DNA of 64,000 nt from Mytilus californianus. Its lineage: Eukaryota. Below the pieces are notes generated by a model. That model was not told the origin of the DNA, did no database searches, and saw only the letters and a list, made by a program, of their open reading frames with translations. Both the position numbers and the translations under genes were made by a program. Below are positions 39,760 to 50,570 of the stretch, piece by piece. Each line of letters opens with the position of its first letter. The stretch's first letter is position 1. The stretch is from assembly GCF_021869535.1 (NCBI RefSeq), contig NW_026262593.1, positions 16,926,001-16,990,000 on the forward strand. Direction: 5' to 3'.

Positions 39760-40600
39760 ATATTGTGAATTGCAAAACGTCACAATTATAATATTATGGT
39801 AGGACAAGATTTGTAATAATTTAAAATTGAATTCTTAATTGAACTTCAGAATAGAAAAATGATACATTAATCATTTTCACTTGGTTTTTCAAATAAGGAA
39901 AAAGAAATATTAAATGATATAGAATTAGGATTTGACACTATTTTTGTTTTCGTCAATGCAGATTAAGTAAGTTTCATTCAAAAATGAATTGCACTTAACT
40001 TAGAACATGGTAGTTTGAAAATCTCTCCATGCAAACTGTAAATATCGTGTTATCAGGTAAACTTGCAACTGTCACATGACTAAACAACTTCCTTGTTGAA
40101 ATTCCGGTGACATTTTAAGGTAAACAATAGGTACGTGTTTAAGTTACATTGAACATTTTGGTGTGTGTGTGTGTATGATTATTTCATCCGTTAAGCGTTA
40201 CATCAATTTAGTTTATTTTCACTCCTCATGTCTCATTCCTCATTCTGCTCTTTTTAAAACATATTTGGCAGCTCATATATATTGTTATATTTAAGTCATC
40301 AAATTTCTATAAATCTTTTATAACTTCTACCATAAAAATCAGTAAGTTAATAGATAGTCTTATGGATACATGATACATTTAGCATTTATAACTATCAATT
40401 ATTCAGTCAATAAATCAAGTGCATTTACTGAAAACCGTTATTTGAATACTTTGTGAATGAAAAATAAGAAGTAAAGAAATTTGTATGGTAAACACATAAT
40501 AATCCTGTTTTGGGACCCTGCTGCATACCACAATTGTACTACGAAATATGGTCAAATTGCTTAATAAAATCGACAACAAACGAAATGAATAAATCTGTTA
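39760..40600 (+). promoter_or_regulatory. Orphan duplicate of the promoter/exon-1-like module (donor at 40131)
   Basis: Aligns with 42460-43420 (ATCGTGTTATCAGGTAAACTT...AACAACTTCCTTGTTGA...CAATAGGTACGT, GT repeat, ATAAATCAAGTGCAT). No coding exon follows before the next copy. Confidence 0.45.
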
Positions 40601-41199
40601 ATACAGTACATAACTAAAAAAAGACCGATAAAAGGTTTTACTTTAATAAAAACTTTATTCACAACTTTTAAAATAAAGGAGGATTTATAGCTATATATAA
40701 AACGTAAAATAAAAAAAATATAAAAATTTGAATTTTTCGAAATAGTAAAGATTTTCTAATAACATAAACGGTAAAAAACAGATGCGCATTTCGACAATAA
40801 ATGTCTCTTCTTACTACGAAATAGACTACCTTAGCTGTATTTGGCAAAATCATTCGGAATTTTGGGTCCTCAGTGCTCTTCAACTTCGTACTTCGTTTGA
40901 CCTTTTTAAAACTTTTTTGATTCGAGTGTCTCTGAGTTTGTAGACGATACGCTCGTTAGGCGTACACAATTTTAATCCTGGTATCTATGATGAGGTTATG
41001 TAGAAAGACACCTTTATTTGAGTACCAAACGTGATCTCCAGATTTCTTTTTGGTTTTGCTAAGGAGTAGTGGCCATAAGAAAAACAGTATTTGGGGAGAT
41101 AACTCTTACAACGTAAAGTGTTCGGTTAAGCAGTGTTAGTTTCAAAAGCGTATAAACTGTACGATATCATATTCCAAATATATAAGCTACATCTTATAA

Positions 41200-41352
41200 A
41201 ACAAGAACACAACGAAAGAAAAAAAATTAGGCGGAAGAAAAAAAAGTAATAATCAGAACAAAATCAATAGTTCTTTCCACGGAAAAGTGGAAAGACCTAA
41301 TAATCAGAACAAAACCAATAGGTCTTTCCACGGAAAAGTGGAAAGACCTAAT
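41200..41352 (-). mobile_element. Terminal fragment of a probable Helentron-associated (HINE-like) element with tandem hairpins
   Basis: 51-bp unit x2, each with an 11-bp stem GGTCTTTCCAC-GGAAAA-GTGGAAAGACC (41270-41297, 41321-41348). The hairpins are certain; the family is inferred. Confidence 0.5.
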
Positions 41353-41785
41353 AACATAGTCAAACTAATAAATCTTTTATCTAAAATACTGTTAAGTATT
41401 TATGCAAAGAAAAATAACTCTGATATTTCTAAGTATTTGTATATATTTCACGAATTGCATTTGAGATACTGACTTATTGATGCCGTCTCCTTCCTTTGAC
41501 GATCAGTCACAAAATAAATAATATGCAAAGACATTGTCCCTCCTTTTTTCTACTTTCCTTTTGTTACCAAGTTCCTGCATGCATGTAATACAATACTTTT
41601 AGTGCATTTGATGTCCAAACATTGAAATAAGATAAATGCAAAAGTATAAGAATCTTTCTTTGTGTTTTATTTAATGTCTACATTTTTAACATTGTCTATT
41701 GGTTTTGAAGTTTGCTTTCAGTTTAAACATTAGTTGTGAAGTGATATAGATGTTGTAGCTTATGCAAAAAGTTCATTTGACGATG

Positions 41786-42190
41786 TGGTGAAGTTGAAAT
41801 CATTCCTTCGTAAATTTTACCGACGCCATCACGGGTTGGTTGACCGTTATGGATATCCGTTTCACAGATGATGATAGCGGATATGTTCCTAATGTCGAAA
41901 CTACAATCCCGCCCCTATTCTCGAATGTGACCTACCGAATTAGACTTATCACCGGGTTTGTACTAACATGAGCAACACGACGGGTGCCACATGTGGAGCA
42001 GGATCTGTTACCCTTCTGGAGCACCTAAGACCATCCCAATTTTTGGTGGGGTTCGTGGTGCTCAGTCTTTATTTTCTATGTTGTGTTTTGTGTACTATTG
42101 TTTGTCTGTTTTTTCTTTTCTTTTTTAGCCATGGCGTTTTATTTCGACTTATGAGTTTGAATTTCCCTTTGGTATCTTTCGCCCTCTTTT
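41786..42190 (+). mobile_element. Naiad-type PLE 3' end (end of RT plus 3' terminal region)
   Basis: Starts with sequence matching 59125-59290 and continues CACATGTGGAGCAGGATCTG.TTACCCTTC...GCCATGGCG...GGTATCTTTCGCCCTC. Confidence 0.8.
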
Positions 42191-42459
42191 ACATACCTGT
42201 GAATTAATGTTTATAAGATCTTTTTTGATAAAAGCGTTATACCAATATTTTTTCCAGTTATATTGATGATATAGAAAGAGTTCATTAAAAATTCTGCAAA
42301 CTTTTGTTTAATATGAAAAAATCAACAGTAAGCTTTATGGGCTATGGAAAGGTCGGTGCCTTTTCTATATCAGTATATGTTGAACTCCGTATGGTAACTT
42401 TTTGATATATATGTTAAAAGAGTCGAATAAACTGTTTGCTGTTTCGAACATATTTAAAC

Positions 42460-43420
42460 GTAAATTGCAAAACTTCACGATTATCTTATTGATATGGGAC
42501 AAGGCTAGTAATATCTCAAAATTGCGCTATAAATTAAACTTCAGAATATAAAAATATGAAATATTCATTCTTACTTTGTTATAAAAATCATATAGAACTT
42601 GAATTTGATTCCATATATCTTTTTTCGTCAAATAAGTTTTATTCATATATGAATTGCATCTTAGACAATTCAAATTTTTAAACCCCGCCATTACAAATGT
42701 AAACATCGCGTTATCAGGTAAACTTACATCTTTCATGTGACGAAACAACTTCCTTGTTGATAATACGGCGACATTTTTAGATTACAATAGGTACGTAGTA
42801 ACGAAATTGTAAATGTTGGTGTATGTGTATGTGTATGTGTGTGTGATTATTGTTCCAATAACTGTGTTGGCACTTATATTAGTCCTCATGTCTACATATT
42901 GTCGTACAGTAACGATAGATGATATGTGTTTACATAATTTCTGTCCCTTTTAAAACATATATGCTGGCTCATATATATATACATGCATCCATTTTCAACT
43001 CTTATAAAATTTAAGATTGTTTGAAACTGTTAAAAGATGCATATAACAAATAACGTTTTAAATGAAATTAAAGGATGAATCATGCCCCTTATAACCTGCT
43101 ATCATATATATTTTAATCGTCAAATTTCTTATGCTTCTTTTATTGCTGCTGCCAGTTAGCTGTAAAGTTTGATAGATAGTCAAAATGATGCGTGACAAAT
43201 TAAGCTTTTTACTTAACTATCAATCATTTGATCGATAAATCAAGTGCATATAATAACAAAAAAAGTTGAATTATTGATGAATGAAAAAAAAAGGAGTAAA
43301 AATGTTTCTATGGTTAACAAAAAAATATTGGGTCCTGTGGAATATACCATAAATGTATGAATAAATATATATGCTAATATGACAAATTTAATACAGAACG
43401 AATCACAAAACCTACTAAAT
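42460..43420 (+). promoter_or_regulatory. Putative promoter / non-coding exon 1 of the TRIM-like gene, with donor AG|GTACGT at 42791
   Basis: Conserved module also present at about 39760-40600 and 60370-60770. It contains an ETS-like CAACTTCCTT (42746-42755) and a good 5' splice-site match that could pair with the acceptor at 47604. The function is inferred; there is no transcript evidence. Confidence 0.5.
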
Positions 43421-44807
43421 CATCTAATTACAACTTTCTAGATTCAGGATGATTTAGAGCATTCTATAATGTAAAAACAATCGGATTTTATTAAGGACAT
43501 GTGTCTATGTCCAGATGTATTTGGGTTTTGCGTCGTCGGGTTGCTGTCTCATAGACGTTACCCCCACTTCAGGTGTCCTTTTTTCATATGAAGGTTTCTC
43601 ATACAGTTTCAAACGGTACACTCATAACAGGAACATCGCCATCAAGGGCCACATTAAATACCTTCCCTTTGAATGCACATGGTAGAATTTGACATCGTGA
43701 TTCTACCTGACGATATCAGGTTATTGGTACTTAATCAAATCTTAACAGGAAGTTGTGTTCATATTAAATAACCGACACGGATGGAAATTAATAAACAATT
43801 TCAAAATATTCAGACTTTAATGAAATATTTATTTTGGTAAGTTGATGCAAGCATGTGATCTGTATTGTTTCTTATACTGTTAGAGGAAATAATGTTTTAA
43901 ACATGTTAATTATGAACTATGCAAAACAAAGGAGTTCATGCATTTTGCTGAGTTTCAAGCAAATATAATTTACTGTGGGTTAGCATTCGCTAACAGTCTT
44001 TATCCTATAGATTAACAACTGTTGATTATATTGATAATTTAGAATTTCATAGAAGCTGGAGCACGAATGTTGAGCTAATTTACTCTTCTAATGTTTCATT
44101 TGTATGCCAGAGTGACATCCTTTTGTACTATGTTCCAATTTCAACAAGTCTATCGAGTCAATTAGTTTATTGTCTCCCTTGAATAGGTTCATTATTTTAT
44201 CTTTACGTATAGTTTTTTTATTTCATCTTAAATCATTACAAAATTTTTAATTTTGATAGATTTTAGTATTTATAAGTGGTTTAAGAAAGATATCCAGTTA
44301 TATCTATAACTTTATTTATTTGATTTATTTGAAACGTTTAAGAATATTATATTCCAATATAAAGAGCCTTTCATAAATTCATAAATATTATTAAGTTACA
44401 AATTGGTAGTACTGTTTCATTGGGCAACCTATTGTGACAATTTAAAGGGTAATGCATCTGCCACAAACTACTTGTGGAAATGTGTTAACTGCGAGCCGTA
44501 TAATTGTGATTTATTAGATATAGTGTATGTAGTTCACTTTCTATTAAAGGTAAATAATTCATGTATATAAACACTAGTATCATTTGACATCTGAAGTCAT
44601 TCTGTCCGTCAGGAATACACTGTTTTGTGTTTTTGACCGCATCCCCTTATTTTAAACAGCATTGATTCTGTTACTTGAAAAAGCATACAATAATTGTTTT
44701 GATTTTGATATTGGGTATATAATTGTGTTCGAATTCAAATGAAGCAGGCATATTGCCTAAATTTATTTGTTTAACATGAATCCCTAAAGACATATACATT
44801 TATGACG

Positions 44808-44811
<4 letters not shown>

Positions 44812-44860
<49 letters not shown>
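44812..44860. repeat. Poly-C (35 nt) followed by (AC)7
   Basis: Read directly from the sequence. Confidence 0.9.
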
Positions 44861-44985
44861 AAGCACAAAACCATGAACAGAACATCATAACTACCACTTT
44901 ATTCCGGAATCTTAAAATTTATGCCAAATGATTTAGCGAGAAATTATGATTGAATAAAGCATTCGAATTTTTGTGAAATAGACTA

Positions 44986-45246
44986 TGATGTTCAGTAGTT
45001 GTCGTTTGTTGATGTGGTTCATAAGTGTTTCTCGTGTCTCGTTCTATATAGATTAGACCGTTGGTTTTCCCGTTTGAATGGTTTTACACTAAAAAATTTT
45101 GGGGCCCTTTATAGCTTACGGTTTGGTGTGAGCCAAGGCTCCGTGTTGAAGACCGTACTGTGACCTATAGTGGTTTACTTTTATAAATTTTGACTTGGAT
45201 GGAGAGTTGTCTCATTGGCACTCATACCGCATCTTCTTATATCTAT
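44986..45246 (+). repeat. Interspersed repeat family A, truncated copy
   Basis: Matches 4365-4618. Confidence 0.88.
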
Positions 45247-45543
45247 ATATATGAAAGCCGAATTAATTTATCTCCCCATAGTGATAAAATGTTGAAAACA
45301 TTAACCAAAGTTATCTTACATTCATCACAAAGAGTGGCTAGCAAACAGTTTTTAATTGAAGTTTAATTAACTTTAAAACTATTTTTCACTGAATATGAAT
45401 GCTACTTTTTTCAATTATCAGGACTTAGTAAGCCAAATTTACTTATTTTATTGGATATTGTGAATTTTTATTATAAAGATGCTACTTGACAGTAATGTTC
45501 CCCAACAAATAGCGCCCATTTCTCTCATAGTTTGAATTATTAA

Positions 45544-45788
45544 GTGCCAATCTGCCTAAGAATCAGGCAGTAGTGAAAACATGACAAAAAAAAAAAACCC
45601 ACTCAAGTTGACATTGATTTATGTTCAAATTGTATCATGGTGCACGAATATAAAATTCGTTTCCTCTTCCTGTTCTGGTAACTCAAGATATACTTTGGTT
45701 GAAATGCACTAGAAATAAACAATTAAAGGGAGATAACTCTGTAATGTGCTATCATTCTAAATTGCCTGATTCTTACAAAGACTGGCAC
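45544..45788. mobile_element. 245-bp MITE flanked by TTAA, in the putative TRIM intron
   Basis: TIRs GTGCCAATCTGCCTAAGAATCAGGCA / TGCCTGATTCTTACAAAGACTGGCAC; TTAA at 45540-45543 and 45789-45792. Confidence 0.75.
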
Positions 45789-46113
45789 TTAAATGAAGCA
45801 ATATGGTAATCGTTTATTACAAGTAAATTTGATAATCAAGGATTTACTATATTGACCTAGATATCAAAATGTATACCATCCCTGGGTGATTGTTATTTAG
45901 TTGACAAAGTTTTGACATCGGCGTCTCCATTGTGCATTTTTTTTTGAACTGACTCAAGTTCACACTTTTTCATAAAAATCTGTTCAATATGTCCTAATAT
46001 TATCTGTTTGTCCACTGACTATTGGATCAGTTTTCGGTCTGAAAAGGATAGAAATATACAGATAGACTGCATTTAATTGCTTATCTTTGTATATATTCCT
46101 ATATAATTGATTT

Positions 46114-46495
46114 AAGAAGATGTGGTATGATTCCCAATGATGCAACTCTCCACCAGAGACCAAATTACATAGATGTTAACAACTATAGATCACTGTACGG
46201 CCTTCAACAATGAACAACACTTATACCGCATTGTCAGATATAAAAGGCCCCGAAATGACAAATGTAAAACAATTCAAACGAGAAAATTAACGGCCTGATT
46301 TATGTACAAAATAACAAACGAAAAACAAATATGATATACAGCAACAAACGACAACCACTGAATTACAGGCTGCTGACTTGGGAAAGGCACATACTGAATG
46401 AGGCGGGGTTAAACATGTTTGCTGGTGCCAAACCCTTCCCCTCTTACCTGGGACAGTGGTGTAACAGTATAACATAAGAACACACTTAAAAAAAG
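46114..46495 (-). repeat. Interspersed repeat family C copy in the putative TRIM intron
   Basis: Same terminus and core as 20781-21440; absent from the matching pseudogene upstream region. Confidence 0.8.
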
Positions 46496-47606
46496 TTGAT
46501 AAGACTACTATAACGGTCATCAATGATAAATGAATACAAATTGGTATAGAGCTTTTAATTAAATACTTTCTTTAAATTGCTACACAATGTGTGTTTAAGT
46601 TTATTTGTTAAAGACAGATCAGTATTTAGCAAGATGTACAGTAGTTAGTATAAGGTTCCTGTCGTTTCATATCTTAGTAGTACGTAGCATTCTATGTTAA
46701 ATACAAGTAAGTGTATAAAATGTATTTATTTCTATTATAATCATTTGTATTTACATATATTTGAAAACAAAATAAAAACATTATGAACAAAACATCGAGG
46801 CAACAATAAATGAAATAAGCGGTTAAATCAATTTAGTGGATCGGAATTAAGGCCATGAAATTTGAACATCCACGCTATTAAATGAAAAAAGAGTATGCAA
46901 GTTCCGAACATAAATTTTGGTTTGCACCAGGTCAAATTCCCCTTAAAAATTGCTGCAAGGGTTTAATAGCGTGTGCTGAGATTTATCCATTATTCAAACA
47001 TTACTTGTTTTCTACTGTCACGATGATCTTCTTTAAGTCCTGTATATAAAGTATATTTCTCGACCAATGACATATTATGTTGACGATAAATTGTATCTCA
47101 CTGATAGTATTTGCATTTTATGTTATAAAATTATAAAACTTTGCTTTAATCTATATATTGTTCACTACTGCTGCAGCAAATATTACACATCACGTCATTT
47201 AAATCTCTCCCCAATTCCAATTTCCCAACTGTTTGTTGAATCTATTGCTTTTTTTATTCGGCCGTCACTGATACGTCTTTGTTAGACAAAACGCAAGTCT
47301 GGTGTACACATTTTAAAGCCTGGTATTTATGATGAGTTTATTCATATCCATTCTCTCCCGAGAAGCCTCTTTTATTTCGACCAACAGTACATTTTCACGA
47401 CGGCCACATTTTGCCCCAAAAAGTTAAAACAACCCTTTATAAATTAATTTTAAAAAAAGGACAATTTAAGAAATAATTGTTATAACTATGGCTGACTACT
47501 GAGCTGATGATACCCTTCACAAGGGAAAGTTACTAGCCAGTTGATTGCTACAGCTAGAATATGGTGTAAATAGATTGTTATAATTGTCTTTCATTTTTTT
47601 TCAGCA

Positions 47607-49307
47607 ATGGCAACAAATCCTAAATTTTGCAGTATATGTGATCAACGCCATATCACTAAGCCCTCAACTGACTGGTGTTCAGAATGTAACCAAGCTCTCT
47701 GTACCGAATGCAAAGAATTCCATACAATTTCAAAAGCTTCACAAAATCATTCAACGATAGCGATATCAAATTACTTAGCTCTTGGCTCCTCCCTTTCTCA
47801 AGTTGAGGGACACTGCTCTTTACACAACGACAAATACCAATTGTTTTGCCAATCCCATGACTGTTTACTGTGTCTTTCGTGTTTAGAGGAACACATGAAG
47901 TGTGAATGCGTCGTTCGTATTAGTAAGTTAACCAAAGATGTCAAAACAACCGAAAATTTTGTAGACACTCAAAAGGGTCTATCGGACGTCATATTAAATC
48001 TTTCAAAAATACAAAGTAATCTTGAAGAGAATTTAAGCGATATTCAGAAAAAGAAAGAATCAGTTCTTCAAGAAATAATTCAGATAAGAGAAAAGATCGA
48101 CAGCCATCTGAATCAAATTGAAAACGCTCTGAAAACAGAAGTATGTAAATTAGTTGATGATCAGTGCAACACAAATATTGGCAAGACTTTGGAAGAGATA
48201 CAAAATGAGAAAACGAAGATGGAAAAATTTCAGCAGCAGATGGAGGACCTTAATAAATATGGATCAGATTTCCAAGCGTTCTTTGGCTGGCGTGAGATTT
48301 CATCAAAAACGGAAACCACCTATAAGTATTTGCAGGCATTAGGAGACAATGGTAGTTTAGATAAGGTGACAATTTCTTGTACAATTGATAGAAAGATTTC
48401 CGGATTTATAAAAGAAGCTAACAGTTTAGGTTCGAGTCAGATACAGAAAATTCCGAGCAATATTGTACTAGAGAGATCAAAAGACAAACAGGCACAATTA
48501 GTAGGCGTGAAAAAGAGTTCTATCAATGATATAAAGCTCAAATTAAAACATACTTTCAAATTAGCTGATGATGTTACCGGATGTTGTTTTCTTCCTGATG
48601 GAAAGCTTGTTATTTGCGATCGTTCACGTAATAACTTTGTAAAGATATTACATCCACATGGAGAATTGATGTTTGAAATTTCCATGTCGCCCAGTTATGC
48701 TTTTGATGTAACATGTATTGACCCCCAAACTGTAGCTGTATCGTCAGACCATAATGTATACAAGCAAATAAATTTCATCAATGTGGATACAAAATCGACG
48801 AAGTCATTCCGTCCCGGAGTGAGATGCTATGGAATTACACACAAAGATGGATCACTAATGTCTTGCGTCGAAGGAAAAGGAATACAAACTGTCAATACCC
48901 AAAGTGGGGAAAGTACTACGATTGTACCATGTAAATTAATGTCATGGTCTAATTATATCGTTTTCAGTGACAATAAATTATATTATACGAACAGAGAAGA
49001 CCATACCGTAACATGTTGTGATATGGGAGGTAATATTATATGGACATTTAAAGACGAAAATGTTGTGAGGTATCCTCGTGGTATAGCAGTTGACAATACG
49101 GGAAATGTTTATACTGTTAGTCAACATACACTAATTGTGTTGTCAGCAGACGGAAAACTAAGTAGACAACTTTTGTCAAAAGACGACGGACTTAATGATC
49201 CACGTGCAATAGCTTATGACAAGATAAAAAATCGTCTTTGCGTTGTAAATTTGCGAAATAACGGATTTTTGTTTGACGTAACATTTTGTGAAGAGATTGA
49301 GGTATGA
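47607..49307 (+). CDS. RING-less TRIM-like protein: B-box1 + B-box2 + coiled coil + NHL/six-bladed beta-propeller, 566 aa, single coding exon
   Basis: Uninterrupted 566-aa ORF. It has CxxC..W-CxxC-x4-CxxC-x3-H-x8-H (B-box1), CSLH..FCQSH..CLSCLEEH (B-box2), a heptad-rich region at about aa 120-280, and propeller blades (VTGCCFLPDGKLVICD, YPRGIAVDNTGNVYTVS, DPRAIAYDKIKNRLCVVN). A polypyrimidine tract and AG acceptor (47603-47604) lie 2 nt before the ATG. The architecture matches the B-box/NHL TRIM-like family expanded in bivalves. Confidence 0.93.
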   Translation: MATNPKFCSICDQRHITKPSTDWCSECNQALCTECKEFHTISKASQNHSTIAISNYLALGSSLSQVEGHCSLHNDKYQLFCQSHDCLLCLSCLEEHMKCECVVRISKLTKDVKTTENFVDTQKGLSDVILNLSKIQSNLEENLSDIQKKKESVLQEIIQIREKIDSHLNQIENALKTEVCKLVDDQCNTNIGKTLEEIQNEKTKMEKFQQQMEDLNKYGSDFQAFFGWREISSKTETTYKYLQALGDNGSLDKVTISCTIDRKISGFIKEANSLGSSQIQKIPSNIVLERSKDKQAQLVGVKKSSINDIKLKLKHTFKLADDVTGCCFLPDGKLVICDRSRNNFVKILHPHGELMFEISMSPSYAFDVTCIDPQTVAVSSDHNVYKQINFINVDTKSTKSFRPGVRCYGITHKDGSLMSCVEGKGIQTVNTQSGESTTIVPCKLMSWSNYIVFSDNKLYYTNREDHTVTCCDMGGNIIWTFKDENVVRYPRGIAVDNTGNVYTVSQHTLIVLSADGKLSRQLLSKDDGLNDPRAIAYDKIKNRLCVVNLRNNGFLFDVTFCEEIEV

Positions 49308-49390
49308 CTTATTATTTGGGTTTTTTCGGATGATGTTTTGTGTATGTTAATGGAGTTCTATTTGATTTATCTCTAATTTATCTTTGTAAG

Positions 49391-49450
49391 AATAAAAATA
49401 GGTAGTTCCTTTATTGTCTTCTTTACATTAATCATCCATATAGAAATAAA
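49391..49450 (+). terminator. Candidate polyadenylation signals of the TRIM-like gene
   Basis: AATAAA at 49391-49396 and 49445-49450, downstream of the stop at 49307. The hexamer is common in AT-rich DNA. Confidence 0.35.
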
Positions 49451-50079
49451 ATGCAACCAGGAGTGAAGAAACAAGAATTAAAAAAAGGGCATTTAAATTT
49501 CAGCATACAATTATACACTGGCATTCCATATTTTAGGCTAATTATCAAAGTAAGCGTTGATTTGTTCAATAGAAATAATCAAAGAACACCTTTGTTCAAA
49601 TCAAACAGATTGAAACAATAGCACTTAATGGCTAATTGTTGATTGCTTTAGATAAAGACAGTAAGTTTCAACATGCTTTATAAGTAGCATACAAAAGATT
49701 GTTTTTGACCGTTGTTGAAATCTTGTCGATCTATAAAGTATGTTCATATCACTATAATAAAACAAAACGGAGCAAGAACGAGTGCGTCTACAGGATAAAG
49801 GTTTCCTGTCTTCTTGTGAGTTTTGACTTTTCGTTTATTTCTGTCAACAATTTTATTTTGTAATGGGGACCTTTATATCTCTGTGGTGTCGATTTCACTC
49901 ATTTTGGCTCATAACACTTTTGATTTAGTATAAGAAACACAACCCTGTTCATTAAGTTTACATATTGTGAACTTGATCGCATGTGTATTGATCAATATTT
50001 TAGACTGATTGATTTATTGGTTGATATTTGCTTTGAACTTACTATCAATCTATATATCGTAGCAGCATATTTTATTGGA

Positions 50080-50570
50080 GTAACACGAGGGGTTTCACAC
50101 GTGGCGCAGGATCTTCTAAACCCTTCTGGAGCACCTAAGATCACCACTGTTTTTTGAAGTTCGTGTTGCTCAGAAATTAGTTTTCTATATAGTGTTTTGT
50201 GGACCTGTTTGTCTTTTCGTCTTTTTTCCATGGCATTGCCAGTTTCTTTTCGACTAATTAGATTTGAAAGTCCGCTTGGTATCTTCCGGTTCTTTTTACC
50301 AGTAACTCCGATAAGACATTCTTGTTACGGTTGTGTTCACTGGGATATATAAGATGCGAGTACTCAATGAAAAAGGGGGTTTTTGAGTGAAAGAATTCAT
50401 CTATTAATCTTAAAATTAGATTGAATTTAGATGTCTTTTGTTTTGTCTTTGAGAAGGTATGTGTGCATTCTGCTTTATATGAGTACAGGGACAAATCGAC
50501 CAATAGGGACCAACAATAAGTGTCCATTGTAATATAGCAGCTGTTTGATAAAATTGTAATTCGCCGAACT
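50080..50570. mobile_element. Naiad-type PLE remnant: 3' end on + (50080-50297) next to degenerate RT core on - (50330-50570)
   Basis: The + part matches the 41786-42190 3' end. The - part reads MDTYCWSLLVDLSLYSYK...FNLILRLIDE...IYPSE (degenerate GTNCAPLLADLFLYSYE...FN.TFRYIDD...IYP.E). Confidence 0.65.

Noticed and set aside
47490-47540. Hammerhead at GAGCTGATGATACCC...GGGAAAG
   Set aside because: CTGATGA is present, but stems I, II and III cannot be formed convincingly. The same applies to CTGATGA at about 62063 and on the minus strand at about 8290.
47989-48685. Short ORFs overlapping the TRIM-like CDS (47989-, 48154+, 48437-) and 62800- in the pseudogene
   Set aside because: These are shadow frames of the real gene with no recognisable motifs.
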